From an uncultured Myxococcales bacterium (GTDB lineage Bacteria; Myxococcota; UBA727; JABDBI01), in the NCBI GenBank assembly GCA_964368985.1, contig CAYJDW010000004.1, positions 3,046 to 67,045 on the forward strand: a DNA stretch of 64,000 nt, given 5' to 3'. Both the position numbers and the translations under genes were made by a program. A model generated the notes under the pieces. It did no database searches. It saw nothing but the letters and a program-made list of their open reading frames with translations, and was not told the origin of the DNA. Position 1 is the first letter of the stretch, and each line of letters opens with the position of its first letter. Positions 17,902 through 28,909 of the stretch are shown piece after piece.

Positions 17902-19134
17902 ATGTTTCGAAATGAAGATGTAGAGGCAGCATACTCGCGAATTAAAAATGATATTATTTTAAGTCCATGCCTTTTTTCGCCATGGCTCTCTAAGGCCACG
18001 GGGGCGCAAGTATTTCTCAAATTGGAAAACATGCAGCAAACCGGCTCGTTTAAAGAACGGGGGGCTCTTAACTTTTTACTCTCTCGGCCTCGTGGATCGA
18101 TCAAGCAGGTGGTGGCGGCATCAGCCGGCAATCATGCGCAGGCGGTGGCATTGCATGCGCGTAAACTGGGAATTCCTGCCGCTATTTTTATGCCACTTGG
18201 AACATCGAATACTAAAATTCTTCAAACTGAAAAATATGAGGCGCAGGTAAAATTAGTAGGACAAAATTACGACGAGGCTTATGCCTGTGCCAAGGAATTT
18301 AGTAAGGAGCATGACGCGGATTATTTACATGCCTATAATGATCTCGACGTCATTATTGGCCAAGCGACGATTGGACTTGAAATTAATGCGGCCATTGGCG
18401 TACCCGATTTTATTTTTGCGCCTATTGGCGGCGGTGGATTATTTTCTGGTATTGCCCAATATTTCGCCAACAATAAAGCCAAAGGTCCCAAAATGATCGG
18501 TGTCGAGGCTTTGGCATTTCAATCAATGGCGCAGGCTCTGGATAAAGGTCGACCTTTTTCTTTGAACGGTGAAAAAACCATTGCCGACGGCATTGCGGTG
18601 CGAAAGGTGGGCAGTTTGACCCATGAGATTTGTGCCAAACTAAACCCAACTTTAATAAGTGTCGATGATGACTGCATTCAACATGCGATTATGGTGTTAT
18701 TGGAAAGACAAAAAATTGTCACTGAGGGAGCAGGGGCCGCTGCTACCGCCGGACTTTTACTCGATACATTTAAAAATGAATTGGTGAATAGAAAAGTTGT
18801 GGTTGTTGTTTCGGGTGGAAATATTGATATCAGCCTTTTGTCGAGGTTGACTGGGCAGGAGTTGATCAAATCAGGTCGTTTGTGTCGTATGTCGCTGGTC
18901 ATCAAGGATACGCCTGGATCTTTGTCCCGTTTACTCTCGAGTATTACGCGGGCATTTGGCAATATTGTTGATATTCAGCATGAACGTTCATTTGCTGTAT
19001 TGAGATGGAATGAAGTTTTAGTTCATGTGACGGTAGAAACTAAAGATGAAATTCATGAAAAAAATATGCTATCTCTACTCATGGAAGAAGGATATCAAAT
19101 CAAAACTCTGATGGGGAATAATTTTGTTTCGTGA
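17902..19134 (+). CDS. ilvA: threonine ammonia-lyase (threonine dehydratase) with a C-terminal ACT-like domain
   Basis: The PLP lysine motif TGSFKERGA and GGGGL. GGGAGGGG lies upstream of the ATG at 17902. ~410 aa. Confidence 0.85.
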   Translation: MFRNEDVEAAYSRIKNDIILSPCLFSPWLSKATGAQVFLKLENMQQTGSFKERGALNFLLSRPRGSIKQVVAASAGNHAQAVALHARKLGIPAAIFMPLGTSNTKILQTEKYEAQVKLVGQNYDEAYACAKEFSKEHDADYLHAYNDLDVIIGQATIGLEINAAIGVPDFIFAPIGGGGLFSGIAQYFANNKAKGPKMIGVEALAFQSMAQALDKGRPFSLNGEKTIADGIAVRKVGSLTHEICAKLNPTLISVDDDCIQHAIMVLLERQKIVTEGAGAAATAGLLLDTFKNELVNRKVVVVVSGGNIDISLLSRLTGQELIKSGRLCRMSLVIKDTPGSLSRLLSSITRAFGNIVDIQHERSFAVLRWNEVLVHVTVETKDEIHEKNMLSLLMEEGYQIKTLMGNNFVS

Positions 19135-21022
19135 TGGCGAAAAAACACCACTTCAAAGCCGAAAAAGTTTGCCCATTAGCTGGCGCCTTTCATTGCATAT
19201 CGCCGCCATGGGAAGCCTTCTTTGTCTGAGCGTGCTTTTGTCGCTTTTGCCTTTTCAATATGGTCGCGTGGAGCAAGAGGCCATCACCGAGGCACGCATA
19301 CTTGCTGAAGCCGTGTCGGCGATTTATCAGCGCCTAGGTCCCGGCGAGCCCAAAGATTTTGCGCGAAAACTTCTTCTTCGCGTGGCGCGTACGCCGCATA
19401 TTTCCGTCGTAAATGTTTATGATGAGCGAGGTATCGTTCGCTACAGCACTGATTCGCGGGAGCTTGGTAAACATTATGCCTTTCGTCTCGGCGTCATTCG
19501 CGAGGAAAATACCCTTACCGTGAGCCATGTTGCCATTGATTCAAGCTCTGGGATCGGCAGTGTTTCAGTACTCATTGATCGCGATTTGATGCTTTTAAGC
19601 ACGCACCGTTTATTCGCGCAAGTTGGCATGGGTTTGTTAGGCGTAATTTGCATTTTGTCCTTCCTCGTTAAAGGTTTAGCGGAAAGGCTGGTAAGTTCCC
19701 GTTTGGGGCGCTTAATGAATTTCATTGAAGATGCCGAAAAAGGTTCTTTTTTGATTCGCGCAGAAGTGGATCGTAACGATGAGATTGGCCACGTTATCGT
19801 GGGTTTTAATCAGCTCTTAGGGGTGATTACCCAAATTGAAGCTCGTGCTTTAGAAAAAGAACATAATTTGCAGGATGCCGAGGCGCAAAAACATATGCGC
19901 TTGAAACTCGAAGAGACTCTTTTTAAGCTGGAGCGTTCCAATGAACGTTTAAATGGCAAAGTCCAAGCGCAAGAATTGCTCATGGAAGCGGCCCACCGTC
20001 TTGGCGGTACCTTGCAACGTGAATCAGTAGTGGAAAGGCTTGCCAATCTGGTGCAGGAAAAACTTGCCTGGCCTCAATTTGCCGTTTTTTTAATGGAGAC
20101 CAAAAATCAGGATCGATTCGCGCTCAAATTGGTCGCCGCCATTGGCATTAGCAAGGACATTATTTCGCTCCACAGCCAAGTGCTGATTGGCGAGGGAATT
20201 ACTGGCATTGTGGCACAAACGGGTGCTCCTTTAATCATCGCTAATCTTGAAAAAGAGAAGAGTTTGAAATTGTGGGAGCCGCAAAATCGTGAGGCGGATT
20301 CTCAGGAATTTGGCAAAACCGGATCGCTGATGGCGGTGCCGATGATTCATAAAGGACGTGTCTTAGGGGTTTTTGTATTTTTGCATCCTAAGATCAATAT
20401 TTTTGATAAAGAGCATGTTGATTTGATCTCCGCTCTGGGTGCTCAAACAGCATTGGCAATAATCAATGCTGAATTATATGAAACAACATTAGAACTTGCT
20501 ACCTCAGATCCTTTAACAGGGATAATGAATAGACGAGCAATGGTGCGACAAATAGAATATGAACTTACTCGCACACAGAGATTTAATACTGATTTAGCAT
20601 TGTTGTTGGTAGATGTGGATCACTTTAAAGCTTATAACGACCGCATGGGCCACGTTCTCGGCGATGTGGCTTTGAAAGAAATAGCTAATGCGCTGAAAGA
20701 AAGTATTCGAAAAGTAGATACGGTCGCCCGTTTCGGCGGCGAAGAATTTTGCGTCATCTTGCCACAAACCAGTGAAAAGGCCGCTTGCGAGGTGGCCAAT
20801 AAACTTTGCGAATCGGTACGGGCTTTAAAATTACGCGGCGCGGAAAAACAAGAACTCGGTCATTTATCCGTTTCGGTGGGGATTGCGGTCATTCCTGGCA
20901 ATGCGGACATTTTGGATCGAGAAGATATCTTGACGGATCTGATTGCCGCTGCCGACCAGGCACTTTACGAAGCCAAGGGCCTAGGGCGAGATCGCTTTAT
21001 GGTGAATCGGCACTTTATTTGA
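19124..21022 (+). CDS. membrane sensor diguanylate cyclase (HAMP-coiled coil-GAF-GGDEF)
   Basis: GGEEF active site with RKVD (RxxD I-site) 5 aa upstream, a GAF-like region and an N-terminal TM segment. The TTG start is uncertain. Confidence 0.85.
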   Translation: MFRDGEKTPLQSRKSLPISWRLSLHIAAMGSLLCLSVLLSLLPFQYGRVEQEAITEARILAEAVSAIYQRLGPGEPKDFARKLLLRVARTPHISVVNVYDERGIVRYSTDSRELGKHYAFRLGVIREENTLTVSHVAIDSSSGIGSVSVLIDRDLMLLSTHRLFAQVGMGLLGVICILSFLVKGLAERLVSSRLGRLMNFIEDAEKGSFLIRAEVDRNDEIGHVIVGFNQLLGVITQIEARALEKEHNLQDAEAQKHMRLKLEETLFKLERSNERLNGKVQAQELLMEAAHRLGGTLQRESVVERLANLVQEKLAWPQFAVFLMETKNQDRFALKLVAAIGISKDIISLHSQVLIGEGITGIVAQTGAPLIIANLEKEKSLKLWEPQNREADSQEFGKTGSLMAVPMIHKGRVLGVFVFLHPKINIFDKEHVDLISALGAQTALAIINAELYETTLELATSDPLTGIMNRRAMVRQIEYELTRTQRFNTDLALLLVDVDHFKAYNDRMGHVLGDVALKEIANALKESIRKVDTVARFGGEEFCVILPQTSEKAACEVANKLCESVRALKLRGAEKQELGHLSVSVGIAVIPGNADILDREDILTDLIAAADQALYEAKGLGRDRFMVNRHFI

Positions 21023-21185
21023 GTGGAAACGAACCTAAACCTTACAATGATTTTGCTAAGGTTTAGGACTTTGTTTGCCGTGAAGATTGCGAACGTAGCG
21101 CGGCAATCCATGCCTAACTTTGGATGGTCACTCTAGGTCAGTAATTGATTAAAAACTGATACGAAATTTTTTTGGAGTATATATT

Positions 21186-22403
21186 GTGGCGCTTATAAAT
21201 GATGAGCAAAGAGAAGTAGCGGAAATAATTTCCTTTCAAGTTTCTTATAGCCGGCAGCATATTAAAGCTACGTGGGGCCTAGCTATTGTCATTGCGCTTA
21301 CGTTCCTTTTGGAAGAGTTATTTGGCGGCAGTACGAGCACTTCTGTACTGGTCCGGATGGGGGCCAATGTTAAGGAATTGGTGAGTGAAGGTCAGTATTT
21401 TCGATTGATGTCGTCGGTATTTTTGCATTCTGGATATATGCACGTATTTTTTAATACCTATGTATTATTTGCCTTAGGTGGATTTTTTAATCGTATTCTT
21501 GGTGAAGCTAAATATCTGACGGTATTTTTTGTGTCTGGAATTGCAGGTTCCTTAGCGAGTTTTTATTTGGGAAAAGCTGCGATCAGTGTTGGCGCCTCCG
21601 GCGCGATTTGGGGATTATTTGGCGCGAGCCTTGCCTTGGCTTTCTTTAAAACTCGCCTCATTCCCGAGGCTATTCGCTTACGTTTAAGAAAAGTTACTTT
21701 GATAAACCTTGCCATCAATCTGGGCGTGTCGTTTTTGCCTATGGTAGACATGTGGGCTCATATTGGCGGTGGCGTTGCTGGATTTTTATGTAGTTTGTTG
21801 ATGATATTCCATAGCAATAGCCAGGCTATCAATCGTCTTAAAACCCATCTCTTTCAATTTTTGGCGACATTTTTATTTTTGACTTATTTAGTAAGCATGG
21901 TTTTTGTTATTGCTAGTTATCGTCCTTGGCAAGATCAATTTAGTGCTGATTTAGTCGAAGTCCCCCTCGTAGGAGTGCCCTTTTCGGTCGAGATACCCAA
22001 AGGCTTGGCACTAAAAAAGAGTGAGGAAGGGCAGGCGCCAATTTTTCTCTTTGGTGACCTGACTTTTGATCAAATGGTTATTGAGTTGCAGTTTTATAAG
22101 GATCAAGTGCCAAGCCAACAAGCTCAAGAATGGTTAAGCAGCCAACAAAAACAACTTCTCCAAGATCCCACGGTGGGAAGCGATATTAAGAGATCCCTAG
22201 ATTTAAGAAATCCTGCTGGCGGACCTGAACTTTTTTATAAACTTGAACCAAAGGGTGATTTTGTCGCCTTCACTTTTGTGATTGTGCGGGAAGGCTATGC
22301 CATTAAAATGATTTTTGTGAGTGAAAAATCAACGCCACAGGCGCAGGTGGAGAAGCTGGCGCGACAGGTGATTGATAGTATTAAGAGCACGTCCAATAGT
22401 TAA
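21186..22403 (+). CDS. rhomboid-family intramembrane serine protease with a C-terminal extra domain
   Basis: HSGYMH, GASGAIWGLFGA (GxSG) and AHIGGG motifs. About 170 aa of non-membrane C-terminal extension. Confidence 0.8.
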   Translation: MALINDEQREVAEIISFQVSYSRQHIKATWGLAIVIALTFLLEELFGGSTSTSVLVRMGANVKELVSEGQYFRLMSSVFLHSGYMHVFFNTYVLFALGGFFNRILGEAKYLTVFFVSGIAGSLASFYLGKAAISVGASGAIWGLFGASLALAFFKTRLIPEAIRLRLRKVTLINLAINLGVSFLPMVDMWAHIGGGVAGFLCSLLMIFHSNSQAINRLKTHLFQFLATFLFLTYLVSMVFVIASYRPWQDQFSADLVEVPLVGVPFSVEIPKGLALKKSEEGQAPIFLFGDLTFDQMVIELQFYKDQVPSQQAQEWLSSQQKQLLQDPTVGSDIKRSLDLRNPAGGPELFYKLEPKGDFVAFTFVIVREGYAIKMIFVSEKSTPQAQVEKLARQVIDSIKSTSNS

Positions 22404-22460
22404 TAGAGCTTCTCTGGCACACCCCTCGCCATCTTCATGCCCCCTTCTCAAACGTGACCC

Positions 22461-22492
22461 AAAAAAAACCTCGCAACAAGTGCGAGGTTTTT
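22461..22492. terminator. bidirectional rho-independent terminator
   Basis: aaaaaaaacctcgcaacaagtgcgaggttttt between the convergent rhomboid and ppiD genes. Confidence 0.8.
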
Positions 22493-22513
22493 AATCAACC
22501 AGTTTCTTAAAAC

Positions 22514-24073
22514 TTAGAGATTAGCCTCAGCATCACCCGTGAGCGATTTATTGTAGGTAATTTTCGCTTTAGACTTTAGATGAGCAAGATATTGCTGCAT
22601 AAAAGCTCGTCGACGTGGATAGGTCAAGTTTTGCTTTAGACTCTCTTTTTCCGCATCGAATTTACTTAAGTCTGCTTCTTCTCTGCTCTTAAGTCTAATA
22701 GCAAATAATTGCCCATTGGATTCAATTACTTCGTTGGCAGTTGGATTAGCTAGATCCAGCTTAAATGCTATATTGCTTATTTCATCGGCTTTGCCAATTT
22801 TTTGAATATAGGTTGAAGCGCGGTTGAAGCTGCCGCTTTCGTCAGCGACGGGCGCAAGTGATGCAGTTTGAGTTGCACCGGTCTTCATATTAACCAGGCC
22901 ATCGATTGCTATTTTTTCCAATGGCACGCCGCTTTTCAGCTGAGCAAGTGCTTGATCTGCCAAAACCCGGGCTTTGCTTTTTTGTTCATCGGTTCTGATA
23001 AGGATTTCAGCAATTTCATTGGAAGCAGCATCCTGGGTTGTAGTAGTAGCATCCATTTTATCGGTCAGCTTAATGATGTGAAAACCAAAAGGAGTTTCCA
23101 CTATTTCAGAGACGTCGTTGATGTTGAGCGCAAACGCCGCTTTAGCGAATTCTGCCACCATCATGCCTTGATTGAAAAAGCCTAAGTCACCACCTTTTTC
23201 TTTGGAGCCAAGATCTTCTGATTCTTTTTGCGCAACTTCAGCAAAGTTTTCACCTTTCTTAATGCGTTCAAGCAAAGCCTGGGCCTTAGCTTTCAGTTGA
23301 TCTTTTTCCTCAGCAGTTGCAGTGGGAGCAACTTTCACCAAAATGTGGCTGGCTTTTACTTCCTTGTCTTTCACAAACTGGCTGAGATTTTCGTTGTAAT
23401 ACGTAGCAATTCTCGCACGATTTTTCTCAATAAAAGCCCCAATTTCTTGAGGAGGAACCTTGCGCTCTGACTTGTAGAGTGCAGGATTTACTTTTATAAA
23501 TTCGATGGCCACTTTGGTATTTTTGTCGATGAAACCTTGTTTAACTTCTTCGTCCGAAATAAATACAGCGGTACTTAAAATGTCCGCCATTTGTTGAGCG
23601 ACAAGTTCTTTTTCAACAAGCGTCTCAAAGCCTGCGATAGTTGTCCCAAAGAAACTTGGTACGATTCGTTGATATTCTTCCTTATTAAACTCTTTATCCG
23701 GACCAAACACTCGTTCTTTGATCTCTTCAGCTAAAGTACGAGCTCCAACCGCCAGCTTTTGTTGACGCCCGAGTTGGGTGAGGAGTTCTCGAGAAATAAG
23801 TTGTTCCAAAATAAGATTTTTCAATCCATCTTTGTTTGCCTGATCTTCAGTATAGTCCGTCCTGAATTGTTTAATTCGTGCAAATTGGTTGGTGTAAGCC
23901 GATCGAAACTCCGCCATAGTAATGGTTTGGTTGTTTACGATGGCTGCATAGGGTGTTTCCTTGGAACTTTCACCGGCCCAGGGGCCAAAGTTAATGGCGA
24001 ACACAAAAATAATGATGCCAAAGAGAAAAATCATTACCCAGGAATTGGCGTTTCGCCGCATAAAATCAAGCAT
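22514..24073 (-). CDS. ppiD: periplasmic chaperone / peptidyl-prolyl isomerase PpiD-like
   Basis: N-terminal TM anchor, SurA-N-like region and a parvulin domain (ASHILVK...GGDLGFF...FGFHIIK). Confidence 0.8.
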   Translation of the reverse strand: MLDFMRRNANSWVMIFLFGIIIFVFAINFGPWAGESSKETPYAAIVNNQTITMAEFRSAYTNQFARIKQFRTDYTEDQANKDGLKNLILEQLISRELLTQLGRQQKLAVGARTLAEEIKERVFGPDKEFNKEEYQRIVPSFFGTTIAGFETLVEKELVAQQMADILSTAVFISDEEVKQGFIDKNTKVAIEFIKVNPALYKSERKVPPQEIGAFIEKNRARIATYYNENLSQFVKDKEVKASHILVKVAPTATAEEKDQLKAKAQALLERIKKGENFAEVAQKESEDLGSKEKGGDLGFFNQGMMVAEFAKAAFALNINDVSEIVETPFGFHIIKLTDKMDATTTTQDAASNEIAEILIRTDEQKSKARVLADQALAQLKSGVPLEKIAIDGLVNMKTGATQTASLAPVADESGSFNRASTYIQKIGKADEISNIAFKLDLANPTANEVIESNGQLFAIRLKSREEADLSKFDAEKESLKQNLTYPRRRAFMQQYLAHLKSKAKITYNKSLTGDAEANL

Positions 24074-24277
24074 GAGAATCTGTCCTTTTTAACAAGCCTC
24101 TAGTTAAAGCCTCAGAATTAGCTTATACCACTAGCATTTTGGCACAATGTCTGTGTGCCGCAAGCGATTTTTAATATGATTGAGTAATAGAGGCAAGAGC
24201 GCATTTGAAAAGCTCCGAGACTTTTTGTATAGAGTGAGAGCTAAGCGGCTAACATTTGGTTTTTAATTTAGGGTGAG

Positions 24278-25312
24278 ATGATGGCGAATTTTTTGCATTC
24301 TTGGCTGTCGAATGACATAGCCATCGATTTGGGAACTTCCAACACGCTGTTTTTTGTGCGTGGAAAAGGCATTGTGGTGAACGAACCATCGGTGGTGGCG
24401 GTTCATCAAGATCCTTATAAAAAAGATCGGGTTGTGGCGGTTGGCAGGGAAGCAAAAGAAATGCTTGGACGCACTCCCCATAATATTTCGGCTATCAGAC
24501 CCATTCAAAAAGGCGTTATTGCCGATTTCGATGCAACCGTGGCAATGCTTCGTCATTTCCTTACACGCGTTCATGGAAAAATGAATTTTATGAAGCCTAG
24601 CGCAGTCATTGGGGTGCCTGTTGGTATTACGGAAGTAGAAAAAAGAGCGGTGCGTGAATCGGCCGAATCCGCTAGTGCGGGTGAAGTATTCTTGATCGAA
24701 GAGCCCATGGCGGCCGCCATTGGTGCGGGTATGCCCATCACTGAGCCCTTTGGGAATATGATTGTCGATATTGGCGGCGGAACTACTGAAGTTGCAGTTA
24801 TTTCCCTGGGTGGTATTGTATATAGTCATTCCATTCGCATCGGTGGTGATAATATGGATAAAGCCATCATCAACCACGTTAAAAAACATTATTCTTTATT
24901 GGTGGGCGAACGAACTGCCGAAGAGATTAAAAAGAAACTTGGTAGTGCTATGTTTGATGATAGTGAAGAAACTATGATCATTAGAGGACGCGATGTGATG
25001 GCAGGTGTGCCGCGAAATGTTGAGATTCGGGCTCGTGAAGTAGTGGAAGCTTTGCAGGTGCCGGTGGCGTCAATTGTGGAAGCGGTGCGTATGAGTTTAG
25101 AAAGGACGCCCCCAGAGCTTGCATCAGACATCGTTGATCGGGGTATCATGTTGTCAGGCGGTGGATCCTTGCTGAAAAATATTGATGCGTTGGTTCAAAA
25201 AGAAACTGGCGTGCCGGTTCACTTAGCAGCTGATCCAATAAGTGGCACTGTTTTGGGGGCAGGGAAAGTTCTGGAAGAAATTGACCGACTCCGGCAGGTC
25301 TTAAGAAGTTAA
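24278..25312 (+). CDS. mreB: rod shape-determining protein MreB
   Basis: DLGTSNT, IEEPMAAAIGAG and DIGGGTTE actin-fold motifs. Confidence 0.97.
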   Translation: MMANFLHSWLSNDIAIDLGTSNTLFFVRGKGIVVNEPSVVAVHQDPYKKDRVVAVGREAKEMLGRTPHNISAIRPIQKGVIADFDATVAMLRHFLTRVHGKMNFMKPSAVIGVPVGITEVEKRAVRESAESASAGEVFLIEEPMAAAIGAGMPITEPFGNMIVDIGGGTTEVAVISLGGIVYSHSIRIGGDNMDKAIINHVKKHYSLLVGERTAEEIKKKLGSAMFDDSEETMIIRGRDVMAGVPRNVEIRAREVVEALQVPVASIVEAVRMSLERTPPELASDIVDRGIMLSGGGSLLKNIDALVQKETGVPVHLAADPISGTVLGAGKVLEEIDRLRQVLRS

Positions 25313-25338
25313 CGAAAAATATAAATGGCGGTTGGCCA

Positions 25339-26217
25339 ATGTGGTCATTGTTAGAACGCGCAAAGCGAGTGATATTTGCCCTGGTGCTCAGTGTCATTCC
25401 TTTGGTTTTGCTTTATGTGCAAAGCAAAGATACTCAAGTAAGATCGATATTTGCCTGGCCAGTAGTTCAGGCAGCAGGCGCTTTGGAAAGTGGCGCCTTA
25501 ACTATTACCGGTGCTATATCGGATTTATTATATCGTTATTTATTTATTGTTGGTCGTAATGACGAGGTATTGAGCCTCAGAGCGGAAGTGCTTGAGACCA
25601 GAGCGCTGAAGGTAAAAATTCAGGAATTAATCAATGAGCAGGCATCGATTCTGCAACTTTATTTTCATAGCCCTGCTCAAGAATCGAGCAAACGTGAATT
25701 TGCTCGGGTGATTGCTCGGGCGGGCGCGCCTATGGCTCGGATGATTCGTATCGATAAAGGCAGCAGTCAAGGCGTGAAACCCAGTTACCCGGTTTTAAGT
25801 CATGAAGGGGTAGTGGGGCAGGTTTTAAGTGTTGCGCCGAATTTTGCCGATGTTTTACTGATCACTGATGCATCGAGCGCTATCGAGGCGAAGATTGTGG
25901 GTTCAGGGGCTCGGGGCCTTTTGCGAGGAATTACGAGCAGTAGCGAATATCTCATGGAAATCCGCGACATTGATGGTTTGGTTCAGGTCCAAATAGGGGA
26001 TGTCGTGATAACTAGCGGCCAAAATTCATTTTTCCCAAACGGTATTCCTATTGGAAAAATTATTGATGCAGCTGCCAGCCGTGATGGGCTTTATGTATCG
26101 GCACGCATAAGACCTTTTGTGTTGATGGATCAGGTTGAGCACGTGGTGGTATTGTTGGATGATGTTCAAGCGAAGAACCAATCTTCCTCGGCCGCTTGGC
26201 CACTCTCGGTTCGATAA
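25339..26217 (+). CDS. mreC: rod shape-determining protein MreC
   Basis: Position after mreB, N-terminal TM plus coiled coil, then VVGQV...VITSG beta-domain motifs. Confidence 0.85.
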   Translation: MWSLLERAKRVIFALVLSVIPLVLLYVQSKDTQVRSIFAWPVVQAAGALESGALTITGAISDLLYRYLFIVGRNDEVLSLRAEVLETRALKVKIQELINEQASILQLYFHSPAQESSKREFARVIARAGAPMARMIRIDKGSSQGVKPSYPVLSHEGVVGQVLSVAPNFADVLLITDASSAIEAKIVGSGARGLLRGITSSSEYLMEIRDIDGLVQVQIGDVVITSGQNSFFPNGIPIGKIIDAAASRDGLYVSARIRPFVLMDQVEHVVVLLDDVQAKNQSSSAAWPLSVR

Positions 26218-26744
26218 TGAAAAAAGTATTTTTTACGGCACTGTTGGTATTTTTGTTTGGCGCTTTGTGGCCAACACTGGCCAAATCTTTGCCTTTGTGG
26301 CTTAATGTCATGTTTTTGCCGCCGATTATTTTATGTTTTGGGATGCAGTATTTTCGCTCTTTTGAAAAAATATTTTTATGTCTTATAACTGGATTTATTG
26401 TAGACACTTTAGGCGGTTTTCCTGTGGGCCTAAACATGCTCATCATGCTGGGATTTTCTTTTTTATTGGGCATCAGCAATATGTTTTCGGGGCGTATTTC
26501 CCGGCTCGAACTTAGTTATTATGTAGTGGCGGTTTCTTTCTTTTATCGCTTAGCTTTATTGGCGCTTGAATCTACTTTGATTGGCGAGAAAAATAATATT
26601 TTTATTAGTCATTTTATTCTAGGTCCTTTAGTTGATGGATTATTGAGCATTGTCTTCTACTTCCTATTGGTAAAAATATTATCAGTAGCAAAAGCGATGG
26701 AACATACTGATTCCCTACGACCTGGCTATGGAGCCTATTCATGA
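26217..26744 (+). CDS. mreD: rod shape-determining protein MreD
   Basis: Small polytopic membrane protein directly after mreC. TAATG overlap, with the ATG at 26217 (MKKVFFTALL...). Confidence 0.75.
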   Translation: MKKVFFTALLVFLFGALWPTLAKSLPLWLNVMFLPPIILCFGMQYFRSFEKIFLCLITGFIVDTLGGFPVGLNMLIMLGFSFLLGISNMFSGRISRLELSYYVVAVSFFYRLALLALESTLIGEKNNIFISHFILGPLVDGLLSIVFYFLLVKILSVAKAMEHTDSLRPGYGAYS

Positions 26745-28909
26745 GTAGAGCTGTGGACAGTAAAATCACCATTTTTGTCATTGCTATGGCTGGTGCTTTT
26801 TTGATCCTCTTTGGTCGGCTTTATTTTTTGCAGGTTATTAATGGGCAGTCTTATGTTGAGCGCAGCGAAAGTAATTTTATTCAGGAGCGCCTGATCAAGC
26901 ATAGTCGCGGCAAAATTCTTGATAGCGACGGTGGCGTTTTAGCGGATAACCGTTTGTCCTATGATCTTTACGTCACTTTTGCCATGTTGCCCGATAGTCT
27001 TAAATATTTGCGCGCCTTAGGCACGCCGCTTAAAATACCCAGATCTGAGCTGGTTCTTATGGATCATGAAATTTTAGAACGGGCCGAGCAGGGAATGAAC
27101 GAGCCGGTTTTATTCTCCAATCGCCTAGGGCAGAAGGATTGTCAAGAAATAGAAGAGCTGGTGCGAACGCAGCTGGTTTCTGGTGTGGAAATTATTCATG
27201 AGACGAGCCAATCCTGTTCGTTGAAAATTAATAGTGTTGATTTTCCAAGTCAAAAGCAGTCATTTAATCGCTTGAGGGACATACTTGGGCAAGAAAGTCA
27301 GGCCTTCAGTGGAATATGGCAGCGGGCCCAGAAAAAATCTCAGGGTCTGGCTCGTTTTAAGCCGAGTTTGTTGATGCCAGATATTGGTTTCGATGCCTAT
27401 GCCCGCATCGAAAATGCTATTTCCCTGGGAATGTTGGCAGGGGTCACCGTCGTTCCCTCCAAACGTCGTCGCTATGTGCACGGTGATACGGCAACTCATG
27501 TGATCGGCTTTTTAAATCAAATTTCTCAAGATGAGTTGAAGCAGTCCGGGGGAAAATATCGCTCCGGTGATTTTGTGGGGCGCCGTGGGGTGGAGGCAAC
27601 TTATGAGAATGAACTACGAGGACAAGATGGCGTTGAGCGCGTAATTGTTGATGCGAAGGGCAGGCGTTTTAATGAGGCGTGGGAGCAGGAATTGCTTGGC
27701 TCCGACCGCATCGTTGAGCCAAAGCCGGGCGTCAGTGTCAAACTCAGCATCGATGTGGAACTACAAAAGGCGGCTCAGGAAAATTTCTTGGGTATTTCTG
27801 GATCGGTCGTGGTGATGGAAGCAAAGACCGGTTTTATCAAGGCCCTGGCTAGTTTTCCCGCTTTTGACCCTAACATCATGGTCAGCGCCGATAACAACGA
27901 AGTTATTAGAGCGCTGATGACTAATAAAGAGCGGCCCTTTCGTAACAAAGCTTTGCAAGATCACTATTCTCCCGGCAGCACTTTTAAGCCGGTGACCGCT
28001 ATTGCTGGGCTTAGTAAGCAGTTGATCACCTCCAGCTCAGAATATTATTGCTCGGGTTCTTTCAAAATTCATCGCACTGCATGGCGTTGCTTTAAGCGTG
28101 AGGGCCACGGACCCATTAACATGTTCAATGCTCTTAGAGTTTCTTGTGACAGCTTCTTTTACGATCTTGGCTATAGAATGGGCATCGATAATCTTGCTAA
28201 CGTGGCGACCGTGATGGGTTTTGGACAAAAGACGGGGATTGCGCTCGTCGGTGAGACACCCGGTATTTTGCCGAGCCGCGAATATTACAAAAAACGTCTT
28301 GGTTTCGTTCCGCCGGGGGCTGTGGTCAATATGTCAATTGGTCAGGGTGATTTGAATGTTACCCCGCTTCAATTGGCTGTGGCTTATAGTGCCATAGCGA
28401 ACGGTGGAACAGTTTTTCAACCCCAGCTGGTGAGCCAGCTGCTCGATGATCAGGGTTTTGTGGTGCAGGAATTTCCTCCTATAATAAAATCAAAAATTGC
28501 CGATAGCTCTTATAATCTCGAGGAAATATTAAGCTCCTTGGCCTTTGTGGCGGAACCAGGCGGCTCAGCATCGGGTTTACGTTATAATCCGAAGTTTGCG
28601 GACATAGCTAAATGGTTAAAGGCAAATAATTTTCAAGTCGTAGGAAAAACGGGTACGGCTCAAGTTGTTAAATTAGCCAAAAATATTGATCACTTGTATG
28701 ACGTGGAAAAAGTTCCCTATGAGCAGCGGGATCATGCGTGGTTTGTCGGGCTTTTTCCTCGAGAAAATCCTGAAATAGTGATTATCGTGATGACTGAACA
28801 TGGTGGTTTTGCTAGCCAAGCGTCAGCTCCGGTAGCAGTTCGTTTAATGAAAAAATACCATGAGATGGCCCAGTTAAAAATGAACTCAGCCTTGGAGGCG
28901 GTGCAATGA
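26741..28909 (+). CDS. mrdA: penicillin-binding protein 2 (elongasome transpeptidase)
   Basis: SPGSTFKP (SxxK) and KTGTAQ (KTG) motifs, with an N-terminal TM. At 722 aa it is about 90 aa longer than E. coli PBP2 in the pedestal region. Confidence 0.92.
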   Translation: MSRAVDSKITIFVIAMAGAFLILFGRLYFLQVINGQSYVERSESNFIQERLIKHSRGKILDSDGGVLADNRLSYDLYVTFAMLPDSLKYLRALGTPLKIPRSELVLMDHEILERAEQGMNEPVLFSNRLGQKDCQEIEELVRTQLVSGVEIIHETSQSCSLKINSVDFPSQKQSFNRLRDILGQESQAFSGIWQRAQKKSQGLARFKPSLLMPDIGFDAYARIENAISLGMLAGVTVVPSKRRRYVHGDTATHVIGFLNQISQDELKQSGGKYRSGDFVGRRGVEATYENELRGQDGVERVIVDAKGRRFNEAWEQELLGSDRIVEPKPGVSVKLSIDVELQKAAQENFLGISGSVVVMEAKTGFIKALASFPAFDPNIMVSADNNEVIRALMTNKERPFRNKALQDHYSPGSTFKPVTAIAGLSKQLITSSSEYYCSGSFKIHRTAWRCFKREGHGPINMFNALRVSCDSFFYDLGYRMGIDNLANVATVMGFGQKTGIALVGETPGILPSREYYKKRLGFVPPGAVVNMSIGQGDLNVTPLQLAVAYSAIANGGTVFQPQLVSQLLDDQGFVVQEFPPIIKSKIADSSYNLEEILSSLAFVAEPGGSASGLRYNPKFADIAKWLKANNFQVVGKTGTAQVVKLAKNIDHLYDVEKVPYEQRDHAWFVGLFPRENPEIVIIVMTEHGGFASQASAPVAVRLMKKYHEMAQLKMNSALEAVQ

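Noticed and set aside
24263-24889. A 208-aa ORF antisense to mreB.
   Set aside because: Same reasoning as for the ffh shadow ORF: mreB on the + strand is unambiguous.
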